64,000 bases of DNA from Azolla caroliniana (taxonomy: Eukaryota > Plantae > Polypodiophyta), in the NCBI GenBank assembly GCA_043228905.1, contig JBHGNT010000002.1, positions 1,736,001 to 1,800,000 on the forward strand. The letters run 5' to 3'. The notes beneath the pieces are model-generated. The model saw nothing but the letters and a program-made list of their open reading frames with translations, was not told where the DNA came from and did no database searches. This document shows positions 1 to 13,836 of this stretch, in pieces. The translations under genes and the position numbers were made by a program. The first letter of the stretch is position 1. Each line of letters starts with the position of its first letter.

Positions 1-3000
1 AGGGTGGGTGGAAGTTGTTAAAGAGGAGGTAAATGTAGAGCTTGCCAAAGCCAAAGAAGTGGAGTCAAAACCCTAGACAGTATTAAGGCTGAACTAAGAA
101 AGGTCAGGCTAAAGTAGTCAAAGAAGAAGGAAAAACAGAAGTCGATGCAAAAGAGTTGAGATGTGTGGATGTAGCTAAAAAAACAAGTACAATAACAAGG
201 AATTGAACTTCTGCAGAGTACAATTGAAGAAGAGCCGACAAGGCATACAAGACAACTCGATGTGCAAGTCACAGGCCTCCCTGAGCCATCAAATGCGTCC
301 CTTGACCAAGGACACTATGTATCAAGCTCTAGTATTGCAAGGAAGAAAACAGTCCCATTCATCAAATCTCAGAGACTACAAAAAGACACTTTAAAGCCTG
401 AGCTTTAATATTACAACTTCTGAATGAAGTAGGAAGAATTGCCTTCCTCGATCATAATATGAGGGTTGGATGCCCCCACTATTTTCCTAGATGACAACCT
501 GATGAAGATGCAAATTAACCATACAAAACAATGTACGCCATGGATCATACAAGCATGCAAGGAAGGCAAGAAAGCTGTCTACCAGGATGGTCATGTTGCC
601 ATCAACAGCAAAGCCATCAAATAGGGATTCACAGCCTGTGAGACAAAGGAATCAGAGCTACACATTTCAGTTTGGAGCTGCAACAGAGCACTTTGGACAC
701 ACCTGGGAAGAATGAAAGAGGTCATGGCAGGACCAGATATGCTCCTCACTACAGAGACGCAGCAAAGCACCAGAGAATTATCTACCCTGGGAGTCTGCAT
801 ACAGCCAAACCACTAAACAAAGTACATAACAAGGTTGGGTGGGATCATAATTCTGTTCTGACGAGCCTTACATCCATGCATACAAGCAGTGGAACTGGAT
901 GCCGAGGCTATATATAAGTGAATCCAATTCGATCTCTCATAGATATGACTCTAATTTATTACACTATGTTACTTCCTCCCCGGTGGATCAAAATACACAG
1001 AAATAAACACTGACAATGAAGGAACCTATAGCGAAAAAGAAATTGAATCACCCTAAATGTCCTCTCTGAGAGCATTATACACTACTCAATTCTAGGCGAA
1101 GTATTCCTCCTGGGAGACTTGAACACCAAGACACAAAATAGACAATGTGATACCTATGACTTAGAAGACCCAGAGATGATGCGTTCGGTATCTGTGGAGG
1201 ACTTGAGAATATGTAGGAGCTCCACTGACTCAAGATCAAGCAACACGGGATATGGACAGCATCTATTAAAGCTAGGGTCTCAACACCGCCTAGTTATGTA
1301 CAACAGCATGAACTTATGGCCAGATTCTAGAGGCGTTGAACATTTTCTGCTAAGAGGCAGTAGGAGCACAGTTGATTATATCCTTAGGGAAAGGAATGCC
1401 ACCCTCACCATCAAAACGTTCACCATCAAACCCTGGCCAATCAGCGCCGACTTTAGTTATCTTTCCATAATCCTAGCATCCAAAACATCATCACAACCAC
1501 ACTCTCCCTCACCACCAGCCTCGCCCCTATGATCAATCATCCAATTTACCCATGAACTACCAGAAACTTATTGTTCACATGTCCAAAAAGAACTCTGCCA
1601 TCTGAATCCAACCACAACCCTCGTGCCCTCACCTCCAACAATCTAGATACTCCATACTTCCATCATCAATAGTTTTCTTTATCACATGGTAGCTAACGTA
1701 ATTTCATGAGAAGATGCCCCAAAACCATTGTACAATGGGGATTGTAAAGAAATGTACCAACAACTTCATACAAATGTGAACCATAGAGAGATTACACAAA
1801 AAATAGTTAGCGAGCAAACGCAAACCCTTAAAATGGTGCACCTATGAGGAAGCACAATATTGAGATTTATGCTCCTCTTCATGAACAAAAACTCAGCTAC
1901 TGCCTAGTGACATATGAGAGAACCCTGAAACCCAACCCCGATGAAAGAGCCACAATTACGGCATTCTTATGCAGAAAGCTTGTATCTGTCCCTCACCAAT
2001 ACCCTTTGCCACAACCTCCACCTTCACCTTGTACAAGGTTGACGCCGTCTGTCTGACAACATGAAGAATCATCTGAACACACAAGACTACTAGGCAAAAC
2101 ACCTCATATATGCAGTAAACACAGTTTCCCATATCCTTGCACACATGTTCAATAGATGCTGGTAGACGGAATTCCCAACTCATGTACCATGCATGCAATA
2201 GTGCCTATTCATTAGTCAAGGAATCCCTTCCAACCACGGAACTATCAGACTATCATGATTGGGCACTCTCACTAAACTTTATGGAGCCATGCTCGAAGCA
2301 GAACTCAACACTTATGCCCAGGTTGAATAGATAGGGCCCCATGTCAAGCAGAATTTAGAAGTAACTACTCTACCACCAACATCCTTATGTTACATTCACT
2401 GATTGGTGGACCAAGCAGAGATGCGAAAGGAGTGGTTGTGTGGATGCTTTATAGATATCAGCAAGGCCTTTGAGTAAATTTTACCAAGGGAACATCTCCT
2501 ACAAAGACTCTGTGATGTGGGCCATGTATACAGTATCTGAGCAAGTGTTAGGAAGAATTAGGTACAAGAGGGGCTTTCAGCGGTAATCACAAGGACCAGA
2601 GGTGTGAAGCAAGGGTGTCCACTCTCACCTACCCTCTTCAGACTCTACATCAGCAAGGTAATGGACTACATCATATGTGGAGCTAGTGAGGGAATCAACA
2701 TATTATATACACCCATTCACATCCTTCTTTATGCTGATGACATAAGCTTGGCTTTGAGTCTCATGCACGTCAAAAACATCACCTTAATGCCCTGTATGGT
2801 TTTTTATGCAAATAAGAGCTCACGAAGTAGATGTTGGGATTAAAGGCCCTTACGTTGCTCCTATTAAACTATATAAACGTTTTTATATAATTTAATGTTT
2901 TCTGATTTTTTGTTGTTGTACAGTCTCATTTGGAACTCCTAAAAGAATATTTTGTACATTAAACGGGATCTTTGGACAAGATTCCAACTCAGTATAAAAG

Positions 3001-4200
3001 AGTATTTATGAGGCCATGACTTAGCTGTCCCATCAGCATTGAAAGCGCATCTTCTAAGAGCATATTCTATGTATCTCAAATAACACACACATATATATAT
3101 CATAGATATGTGTGTGTGTCGTGTCCACTCCTACCTTGTAAATTTATTAAGTAGTGGGCTTTTGTTTTGGAGAACTGCTTCTGCTTTCTTTAATCTCTCC
3201 TATGTGTTAAACCCCATAATTGTTTTTAGTTTCTATATATCTGCCTTTAGATATTTCAGAAAACTGTCATTCTATCTTCACTTCTCTACAGTAGATTCCT
3301 CGCTATTTCTAGGAGTCACATTTACAACAAATACGCGTGCACACTTCTCTATGATTGAATCACTCGAGGATATGCAGCTCTCACCATGCTGGAACAACAA
3401 TGCCACCAAGCACACCTCCAAGAGTTCCCTGTCAAAGTATAGTTATTTGACACAGGGCTCTCAGATGAGTCCAGTAGTCATGATGTTGCCACGGATGATG
3501 TGTAGCAAAGCATCCACCTCACAAAAGATCACCTATGTTGCATTGGTAGCATCCCTCACAATGGTAGAAGTATTATTCCAGACAGTTAACCTCATCAACT
3601 GGATTCCAACCATGTCACTCCCAAGATTTACACTTAAGTCACTCAACGGATTGAAGTAAATGGTGACAACAAAACATGTGTAAGGATCATGGTACTCATG
3701 CATGATGAAGTGGTTCAACAGCAATGGCCTCAACATTGAGAACTTCCCACACTTCCAATATTATAAAGGTATTGCAGCAAGATATATATAGCAGTTCATT
3801 ACCTAAAAGACTTGGCTCAAACCAACAGAACCACTTCCCCAAAGACAGCCTACTATGAACATCATTTAATAAACTTTTCAGAGGATGGCTTCATAAAGAG
3901 ACTGAGATACATGGGCATCTACATGCCCCATAGTGCTCGCAAAGCAATACGCCAACTCAGAGTTTCTTCCCACCAACTACATATTGAGGCAACACATGAG
4001 CTGAAAGATTTTGCAAATCATGTAAAAGAGAGATTGAATGTGAGGAATATTTTGTGTAGGTGCCTAGTTTTCAGCCACATAAGAAAGAAGTATGCTACCC
4101 ACTACGTGAAATCCCTGCTGACACACATAGTCATAAACAGAGTGTTCTTTGAATTCCACTCCCTAATGACACAATTGACAAATTCTTTCTTCTAGGGGTC
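1..4200 (+). mobile_element. Decayed non-LTR retrotransposon (LINE) with APE endonuclease and reverse transcriptase remnants
   Basis: Endonuclease motifs (EVFLLGDLNTKT at ~1098-1135, STVDYIL), RT motifs GVKQGCPLSPTLF and LLYADD (2601-2745), and C-terminal RQLRVSSHQLHIE (~3950-3990). Many stops and frameshifts. Interrupted by a solo LTR at 2832-3290. Boundaries approximate. Confidence 0.8.
2832..3290 (+). mobile_element. Solo LTR (Copia-like), 459 bp, inserted in the LINE RT region
   Basis: Starts TGTTGGG and ends CA, with an exact 5-bp TSD GTAGA at 2827-2831 and 3291-3295. Its 5' end (tgttgggattaaaggccc) resembles the LTRs at 33108 and 37982. Confidence 0.8.
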
Positions 4201-5790
4201 TGCATACATATCGTCCTACCTCAATCTCTAACTAATGTGAAGGTCTGCAGCTGTCCTATCGCATTGCACATGGAATAGATGTATGTCCATATAGGAGAGC
4301 TGATGATAAATCCATCCTCCAATGTCTATAAAAAGTGTGCCTTACAGTGAGCCATCTTCCTACCAAGAGATGTTGTGGGGCTGATCATGTTCTTCACAAT
4401 TTGATAATATCAGTTTGGATCACACTATTCTTTTCATCTTTGGTCATGCTTAATAGGGGTATGTCCATATAAGAGGGTTGATGATAAATCCATCCTCCAA
4501 TGTCTATAAAAAGTGTGCCTTACAGTGAGCCATCTTCCTATCAAGAGACATTGTGGGGCTGATCCATGTTCTTTAGATATCCAATTTGATAATACATCAG
4601 TTTGGATTACTCTCTTCTTTTCTTCTGTGGTCATGTTTAGATATGGACAATCCAAGCTAAGGTGGAATGTGGGTAGTGAATCTATGTTTATGCCATGTGA
4701 TTTCAAGCCATTGTTATGTTGCAGCATGCCAAGAATGATTGTCTCCATTGTTTTGATGATATAAGAGACAACCTTGAGTAAATTTATTTAGGAAACTCCC
4801 AAAGCCACTGGATACCATTTAATAATGCATTCTTCATTATTGGAGCTGCTCCCATCTCTGTCCAAATTATACCATAGCACATCAATGATTTGCTCCTTAT
4901 CATGCAAGCAATCATTGAGGTTAAACACCTCTCCAAATCCTTCCAATTGCTTGCATTGTTAAGATTCAGTCCCCAAGTTTCTACTTCATAGACAAGAGGC
5001 GGCATGACAAGTGTATCAAATAGCCACAATGTAGTTCATGGCTCTTGAAATTGTATATGTGCATATTATCTTTCAAGAGCACCAAGGGCTGCATATCCAC
5101 AAGAAAGTTGAGCACAAGAAGCCTCCCGTAAAGAGAATCGAGGCACTATGAATGTTCCTAGGTATGTGTAGGATCACATGTAGGCCACCTTGTCTTTCCT
5201 GAGAAGAATTCTGATTCTGATCTCCTTTCCCATGCTTGCATGGGTTAAACACCATCACTTTGGTTTTATATAGGTTTACCGAAAAACTTTTGTCCATACA
5301 AAATGATTTTAAGTCTTTGTGGTCCCTCCAAGGAGTCGGAGATCCACACAATATCATCAGCATATAGTAATATTTGTATGGCTACACCCACTAGGCATGC
5401 TCTCAAACCACTGAATCTCTCAATGTGATGCAATATTCATCTATATAGAGACCAAAGAGAGTGAATGATAATGGGCATCCTTTTTACTCCAATTGTGCTA
5501 GCCACAGCTTCCGACAACCCATTCAGAGATCGCACATTTCCTGACACAGACTCATACAATACATACATTTCTCATAGCAAATCTGCACGGACCCCAAGGG
5601 CTTCTAGCTGCTACAGGAACAGAGCGTGCAGTGCAGTATCATAGGCTTTTGGAAACCACAAAGTAGCAATAAATCCTCCTTTTGTGGGCTCTGCCCTGCT
5701 TGATAAGTGCTCAGAGGTTCAATATGTGATCCAAATTTTTGAACCCCTTTCAAAAACCCACTTGTCCAGCTGAGCTGGCAGCCATTCCTC
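4200..5790 (-). mobile_element. 5'-truncated decayed LINE (RT and C-terminal region), tail-to-tail with the first LINE
   Basis: Minus-strand RT-like fragments (DHILNL..ALIKQGRAHKRRIYCY, VNLYKTKVMVFN, WLFDTLVMPPLVYEVETWG). Internal ~183-bp duplication at ~4270-4620. Boundaries approximate. Confidence 0.7.
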
Positions 5791-6132
5791 TCAACCCATA
5801 GAGAGGTTTATATAGACTTTCTTTCCCAAACAACCAATATAGCCGGAATTGCAACTTTGTGTATCTTTTTTAATGTGGCATAGCTTGTTAAACTGCATGA
5901 AACTAATAAGAATCTTCTAAATACTAATTTGTTTGAATTCTCTCACACCCTCCCTCTTTAAATTGAATCCATGATTAATTGCTACTCGTTTATGAACATT
6001 CCATGTTCTACTAAATTGTATTTCATATTTTGAACTTTACTAAGAGACAAGCTCACATTTCATACTTTAGTAAAAGAAGGAAGGAAATGATCAATTGAAT
6101 CCATTCACGTTTTCATCCATAAAACAACTCAC

Positions 6133-6838
6133 CTCTTACTTGCAAGGGTGACAAAAATGTCTGAGGAACTAGAAGGTGCAGGTTGTTGAGGTGAATATGG
6201 CCTCAAATCATTGTTGGATGTGCTTCCTCCTGATGAAGAAGCACTCTCAATTCCAGTCTGCATAGGAGCAGGAGGATACCATGATTGTGTTGGAAATGCA
6301 GGGTAAGAACCATTCCTATAAGCGAAAAAATAAGGAGTTAAAACCACGTTGAATTCATACAAACTTATAGAATCAAACCTAATAGTAAATACGATGACAA
6401 TACAACTTTGATAATCCATGATGTTCTGAAATGAGAATCCCAATTTCTAAAGACAAATCAAGAAAAATCCAAGAGAGCCTTACCTACAACAATACAAAAC
6501 AAGAAGCAATTTTGGCAAAAAAAAAAAGAAATCAAAACATGAGAAAACATACACAAGATTCTACATCCAAATGAAATATTATAAAAGCAAAAGACAGGGA
6601 TCAGTGCTCATCTTTCCAGCATAAAAACGAACAGAAGTGGAAACAAGGCTAAAAAAAAAGGAAGCGATCATTGCCAAAAAGAAAAGAAAAGGAATAAATA
6701 AATAAAAACCAAGAGGGCACATACATGAACAGATTGTGAATTGGAGTGGGACGAAAAAAAGGGCATAACTGAAGAGAGGGAAATGAAGGAAAGGTAAGAG
6801 ACAGAGAGAGAATTTTCTTACGCGAAAGGTCTGAACAT
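6133..6838 (-). CDS. VPS37: VPS37-like ESCRT-I subunit, first two coding exons only (remainder presumably beyond the window start)
   Basis: Exon 1 6838-6822 (ATG TTC AGA CCT TTC GC|GTAAG) splices in frame to exon 2 6315-6133 (TAG|G AAT...AAG AG|GTGAG), giving MFRPFANGSYPAFPTQSWYPPAPM...SSSDIFVTLASKS. The QSWYPP motif, Ser/Pro-rich linker and I..L..KS junction match my recollection of plant VPS37 N-termini. Downstream exons were not found in the window. Confidence 0.6.
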
Positions 6839-7214
6839 GCCGTGCTGGGTCTGGGTGGGTGCCTGTGTTTGTGTGAGAGTGGGCCGGTCTGTGTCTGTGT
6901 CTGTGTCTGTGTCTGTGTCTGTGACCGTGGATGTGCGTTCTTCTGTATCGTCCCCTGCTTCTTCTTCTTTCTTCTTTCTTCTTCTTTCTTCTTTCTGTGG
7001 TTTGAGAATGAAAAGCCTTTTCGTTTGTTGACCCAGAAAAAATACCTCTGCAGTAAGTAAGTAGTATTTTTTGAGAATTACCAAAATACCCTTTCTCCCT
7101 CCTGCCCAAGTTATCTCGAGTGTACATTGTTTTGGCCTCTTCACCGCTACAATGATTGAGAAATTATAGAGATAAAGAGAGAGAATTTGTGTGTGTGTGT
7201 GTGTGAGACAATGT

Positions 7215-7571
7215 TAGGGATCGCCAACGGTTCGGTTTAGGCTTCATTGGTTTGGCCTTATCCAAGCCAAACCAGTTAAGCCTAAACCGTTTTGGGGTTC
7301 TCAAACTTGAACCAAACCAAATCGATCCCTAAACCGGTTTGTGAATCGGCCTAGAAAACGGTTTGTGAACCGGTTTGGAAACCTCTCTCTCTCTCTCTCT
7401 CTCTAGTTTCTAACTAATTTCTAACTTTCAACTTTTTCTCTAACCTAACTAGTAAACCACATGAACGGCTTAACCGGTTTGAGCTGGTTTGGCAAGGCTA
7501 AAGCCAAGCCAAGCCGCTAAACCAATTTAGCTAAACGGTTTAGGCTTGAGCTGAGTCGTTGCCGATCCCTA
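7215..7571. mobile_element. hAT-like MITE
   Basis: 15-bp TIRs TAGGGATCG(C/G)CAACG with 1 mismatch, and subterminal AAACCG/CGGTTT repeats. No clean TSD. Confidence 0.65.
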
Positions 7572-7748
7572 AGTGTGTGTGTAAGTCTTATAGCATGAAG
7601 TGGTTATCTGGAAATGGAGGATAGGTCTCCAAGGCACTTGCAAATTATAGTTTGCACAAGCTTTCACTTTACACCTACCTTTTTACATATAGAATTAAGG
7701 GTCAATTGTCCCTCCTTGCACACGATTAGTACTCAAATCTAGCATTTA

Positions 7749-8714
7749 TGTACTCATGAAAACACATGGCTACGTAAGGTTAGTTGGGACCCTTTGCAAT
7801 GGACATGGCGTGATCCCTACGCGGGGCAAGGAAGCAAACCCATCCCTTTCTTCCAATTCACAACTAGATTGGGTCGCCACATTCTAGCTGCTCAAGCCGC
7901 CCGAGAACCGGCTGTTGCGAAGGTCTGGCACACATTTCAAGTTCCCTCTGCAATAATCACCAAGTTTTGGTAGAAAATCTGGAAGCAACAACACGCGAGG
8001 CGAATTACCACTTTCCAATGGTTGTTAATACATAAGTCCCTACCGGTGGGAGCATGGCAACGTGGGAACCTTAGCTCTCCTAATTGTGTAGAGTGCCCAC
8101 ATGCAGTAGAATCCATACGACACGCTTTGTGGGACTGCCCAACGTCCCATAGAATATGGCGGGGGGTTGGCCGCTTGTTGCAATTATGCCAGGTGCAAGG
8201 TTCAATCAAGTGGGGAAATATATGTTGGCTATCATGGCAGGCTGCAATTGGCCGATACGAGCATCAGGAGGAGGAGATGACTTTGGTGATAAAAGCACAA
8301 GAGGTCCTTTTCTCCTCCAACGGCAATGTCCACTCTATTCCTCTTAATGACAAATCTCAAGAGGTGTTGGAATTGGTCAGCCCAATAACCCTTTGGATTC
8401 TATGAAAACAACGATGTAGGCGAGTCTTCTCCAACCAAACCGCCCATCCAACAAGGTTACTACAAGAGATATGGAGTGAAATTGTAGCCACTTTGAAGAG
8501 CCAATATGATGGCCTTAAAGGTGGCTCCGAGGGAGTTGAAAGACAACGCATACCCTTCATCCAACAATGGTCGTCCTCTCCCTTTCTTGAGTTTGTGGGC
8601 TTCCACATTAGATGGAACTATCGCGTCCCTTTAGGGATTTGTACATAATCGTCTCATTTGTAAAATTTTATAACTAATGGAAGGAGTTTTTTTTTTGGAA
8701 AAAAAAATATAAAA
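7749..8714 (+). mobile_element. 5'-truncated L1-type LINE 3' end (zf-RVT region)
   Basis: CCHC zinc knuckle CVECPHAVESIRHALWDC, A-rich tail, and a 14-bp TSD AAATCTAGCATTTA at 7735-7748 and 8715-8728. Confidence 0.85.
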
Positions 8715-9639
8715 AAATCTAGCATTTAAGTGTTCCAATAGTATTCATGATTCCAACTTGCCATACACAAGCTTGGTGATCCACTTAATGCAACAAAGGT
8801 AATCAAAGTAGAAATGAATTGTCAATACATCAATATCATATAGAAATAAGAAAATGAATGATATTGCATATTACTCTTTTTTTATTTCACTGCATGTCAC
8901 AATCCGGTGGCATTATCTAAATTCCAAATTAGAATTTTGAAAAAGAAATTAGAATAATCCCCTTAGTATTGAACTCATTCAACACAATCATTTTCCTATT
9001 TCAATCACATTGATTTGAAGACGTGTGTCATGTACAACTTGTGTCTTCAAAGTCTATTTGAAACTAACTTCTTTTTTGTTAACAAATTTTACAACAAGAA
9101 AGGTTGCAAATGTTGTCGTTTAGTGACATGTTATATATGTCATGTAATGACACCAAGGTTATTTGGCACTTAGCAATAAGGAAAATTTTGGACCATGTCC
9201 ATTGCCGAACTACTTATTTTCTCATTCGAGTTAACATTGGTATAAATCCAAATTATCATGAATTGGTTTATTTTATTTTATTATTGCATCTTGATAATAA
9301 CGAGGAATGCAAGATGTATGCTTATTCATTTTATAAAAAGTTATCATTTATTTAATGAATATGCATGGTGATAAAGTGGAACTCTTATGAGCAACATTTC
9401 TTTATTGGTCTTGCTTAATGCATTTGAATACACTTATTGTCAAAGATATTGGTTTTGATGCTTATAAAGCAAGGGGTCGCCCAACTATGTAAAGCTTATA
9501 CTGGTTTAAGAAAGGACATGAGCTTGCCCTTTAGGATTCATTATTTAATCATTTGAATAATTAATGGGGATTAGTACGACTTTCTTCATTAGATGCAAAC
9601 TAGTCATTGTTGCTCATACATTAACAAAAGACATCAAAT

Positions 9640-9685
<46 letters not shown>

Positions 9686-10149
9686 TTGCTAGATTTCTAT
9701 GTAAAGTCTTGGGTTTGAGACCCAACTTTCTCACCTCTCTATACATATTATCTCAATTTACGAGATGCCATTGAACACAACCTTCTTGTCTCCATCTAAC
9801 AACCTTATCAAGGGAGCTACAGCCATATAGTCTCCTATTTGTTGTTTCTCTTTACTAAAAGCACACAATTATATTAATCGTATACAAACCTCACTAGTTA
9901 CAACTACTTCTTTTTTTAGTAACACTTTTATTACTAGTGGGAAACCTCAAAGTGAGTTGAACCCCACGAAGAATAAAGTGAAGTATAAAAGTATCAATCA
10001 AACACTTAAGAGCTAGGTTACAACTTATTAATATTCTCTACCAACCTATGGACATCATGTAATGCAGTTAGAAAACCTAAATATGCCACTTGAGTAAATG
10101 ATCCCCACATGTTATAACATCGAAAATTTCCACATGAGAATGTATTTCT

Positions 10150-10700
10150 ACTTTTCCACATAGGCTTTCACCCCGTGTCTACCATCAAATATGAAAGCAT
10201 TACACAATTCCAATTGTGTTGCAATCCTCAATATCGTAAAAAAATGGAACAATATCTCTAGCTCGTCATTTGGACACATTGAGCAAAAACTCATTGTTGA
10301 GGTCTCAAATAACAACATGTTAAAATTTGCATGGAATGCATTATAGGGCATTTAATGGACATATTTGTATTTTCCTCCAATGGAATGACACAAAAAAGCA
10401 TGTACCTGACTCTAGTCCTCTTCTCTTTTAATGTTGAACCAAATGAGAGCCCACCATTCACGACTCTCCATCTGAATACCTTTGCACAAAATGGCAAATG
10501 GGAATGCCAACCATTTGGTAATTGGTAAACGATATCACAATTTGGTACATTTAAAATGCTCGATATTTGAAGGTATTTCAAAATATGACTGAAAGACTTG
10601 CCCGAATCATTTCTAGGATTTGGACAAAGATTGTGCATAATCTTAGATGTTCTTTAGATAATATGCAATAAGCGGAACTCAAACTATTGGAGTTTCATGC
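10150..10700 (-). mobile_element. Decayed LINE zf-RVT fragment
   Basis: Minus-strand translation WHSHLPFCAKVFRWRVVNGGL...FCVIPLEE...KCP resembles an L1 zf-RVT region. Heavily degenerate. Confidence 0.5.
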
Positions 10701-11601
10701 CACTTGGGACAAACATATTTTATAGACGGTTTTCTGATTAGGTGGAGTGGCTCTATTCTACATCAAAGTATTTATTTAAGCTGACGGTTAGAATTTAGAA
10801 AAGGGGCTCATTACCGAAAGGCACATCTTTTATGTATAGCCTTAGGTTGTTTCTTAATACTAATGTAGTATCTTTTTTTGGAAATAAAGAAAAGAAAAGA
10901 AAATAATGAATGAGAGGGCATGGTTCCATGTTCTACTTAGGCAAATAAAAAACCCTTCACACGAAATGGAGAATATTGCACTTGAGGCCCATGTTCTTAT
11001 ATTGTTGCAATGACATTAATACTCAATATTAGGGTTTCTAAGGGCAATTAATTCATTATTAAGCTCGTATCCGGAAACACCACATCGATGCGAACATGAT
11101 ATACTATCACATTGTAACTCATTGAAGATTGAAGCAATCAAATTGTCATTGTCATCTTCGTCTCTCTCTCTCTCAATTATATTGATTGAGTGTATCATTA
11201 AGAAAAGTAATTTAATATTGTTGTTGTAGGGGTAAGAAACATGCATTGTGCATTACCAATTTGAGCCTGGTTACTGCAAATAGATTTAAAGTTGTGTGGA
11301 TTTGGTTGTAGCTGCATGATGGAATCAATTAAGTAGGTGTTGTGGTCTTGCCCTAAAATTATGCGAGTATGGAAGAGAGTTTTATGGCTCTAGGTATTGA
11401 TACATGCTAATTGTGTGATCACTTGGAGTGTTGTCAAGTGGGGCATTCTAGAAGGGGTACAAAAACATGTTAAATAACTAACATGGAAGGAAAAATACCC
11501 TATTGAGGAAAGAAACTCCTTTTTCTCTAATGAGCAAAATTGCCAAGTCAATATTCCTTTCAATTATTGTGGACATGCCTTTACTCCATGTATTACATCC
11601 A

Positions 11602-11915
11602 GGGAAAAGTACCAGGATACCCTTGGAAGTTCTTCTATTTACCAGAATGCCCCGGGAAGTTCCAAATTTATCAAACTACCCTTATGTCCAAAAAAATACA
11701 CTTTATAAAGTAATTATACACTCGAATCTACAAGTCCTATTTACCAAAATACCCTTCAAACACAAATATCTTTACTTAAGAGATTTTTTGGGTCCTTTGT
11801 ACTTACTTTATCAAAGTGTATTTTTTTGGACATAGGGGTAGTTTGGTAAATTTGGAACTTCCAAGGGCATTCTAGTAAATAGATGAACTTCCAAGGGTAT
11901 CTTGGTACTTTTCCC
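11602..11915. mobile_element. Mutator-like foldback MITE, copy 1
   Basis: TIRs of >100 bp starting GGGAAAAGTACC. 9-bp TSD with one mismatch (TTACATCCA 11593-11601, TTACATCAA 11916-11924). Confidence 0.85.
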
Positions 11916-12066
11916 TTACATCAAACATGAAAAGCATCTACACAATACCAAATACCTCCAAAAAAAGAAAAAGAACCTCATATCTTAGTGTAAATTATGT
12001 GGGTATCCTTTATCTTGACATCAAGTAACAACATGACAAAATCTATCAAATTCTCCAAATATAAAA

Positions 12067-12379
12067 GGGAAAAGTACCAAGATACCCATGGAAGTTTGTC
12101 TATTTCCCAATATGCCCCTGGAAGTTCCAAAATTACCAAACTACCCCTATGTCCAAAAAAGTACACTTTATAAAGTAATTATACACTCAAATCTTTGGTA
12201 AATACGGCTAGTTCGGGTCCATTTCTTCCATCTTTGGTAAATAGGGCTTGTAGATTTGAGTGTATAATTACTTTATAAAGTGTAATTTTTTGGACATAGG
12301 GGTAGTTTGGTAAATTTGGAACTTCCAAGGGCATTATAATAAATAGACGAACTTCCAGGGGTATCCTAGTACTTTTCCC
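12067..12379. mobile_element. Mutator-like foldback MITE, copy 2 (same family)
   Basis: Same long TIRs (GGGAAAAGTAC...GTACTTTTCCC), 313 bp. The TSD is not clearly preserved in the A-rich flanks. Confidence 0.8.
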
Positions 12380-13836
12380 TAAAATAAATAGATAAAACAA
12401 AAATAAAATATAAAATAAACCTTCCTCTCTTTCTCACCATTTGAGGACTCGTATACCTATGGGCTATTTCTATCATACCCCACTCACATGCACACAATCT
12501 ATTATTCACCTCAAATTCGAACACTATAACAGGTATTTTTGTATATTATTTATGAATGAAGTGTATATGGCCAAGAAACGAAGGAGTTAAATCGTGCAAA
12601 ACAAACACCTTGCAAAAAACATGTAAAAAAATGTGTCTATGCTATAAAAATGTCATCAAGTGCATCACTTAAGCTCATATTAAGTTGCACAACACCAAAC
12701 AAGTTAACTACATTCAACTACTTCCCATGGTCCTCACCCTGTAAACTACTTGTATGATACTCTACTATCCTCATATTGCAACTTACCTCTAACACACCAT
12801 GCAACTAAAAAACACCCAAAAGGTTGAGCTCTTGTGTATGCCTTATTCACACATCAAGACTTAGTGCTTTAAAGTTTGAATATCCCTTTGTAGGAAGGAG
12901 ACACACATCAAGACAAGTTTTGTACTTAGGTCTTATGGGTCAATATTGGTCTTTCTGCGGACACTAAAAATATCTATCTAGCTATCAAGGACTTTCTTAA
13001 CTATAATGTTGACCATATCACTCGAACATTCATTTCTCTGGTACAAAAAGACCACAAGTAGTTAGGCGCACACCTAAGGATGCCTAGATGTAATCAGTGT
13101 ACATTGTCTTTGCCTCACTCCACCACACCAACCCATGATAGCACTTCCCGTCACTACCACCACTGATCCATTTCATGGAAGCTATGCATGCATTTCATGC
13201 TTCTAAAACCATTCTCAAAACAACTTACCAAAAGTAAAGCCACCCTATACCATAAGAGCATTATCATTTATCTTAGTAGACCTAGAGCTTTTAATTTTTT
13301 CGGTATGGATAACTGAAGTTGCTCATAATGGTAACCATTTGTTAACTCCTAGGTCAGATTTTGGCCTCTATTTAGTATCTCTGTCTTTCTTTCTCTCATA
13401 AAAATATACGACAAAACAAAAACACCTCCTCTTGCTGACCTAATTACAATTGTGAGGATTATTATACTGGGAAACACACCTCAGCCTATTACAATTGTGA
13501 AGATGAATCTCCCCAGTACCGGTAAACCGTGTTGTGTTGCACCATAGAGTAATGATGCTAATAAAGCTATCAATAAAACCATAGCATTGAAACCTAGTAA
13601 ATAAAAAGTGATAGTAGCGAACCCCAGCATCACAATACATGTTGGAAACATATAAGCAATATTGATAAGTTGATCGCAAAGAAACGAGCAAAAAAATTTA
13701 AAGCAACATACCAACATGTTGTAGGCAACAAAAACGGCATAGCCAAAACTTAATGGGCAACATATAGAGCCAATCACATGCTCAAAAGGAGTGATTCATC
13801 ATCCCGCTATCGATAAGTAGAGAGCAAAAATCATGG

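Noticed and set aside
6579-7144. ORFs with HRHRHR/TDTDTD/VCVC runs
   Set aside because: They are translations of the (GTGTCT)n and (CTT)n repeats in the 5'UTR of the VPS37-like gene.
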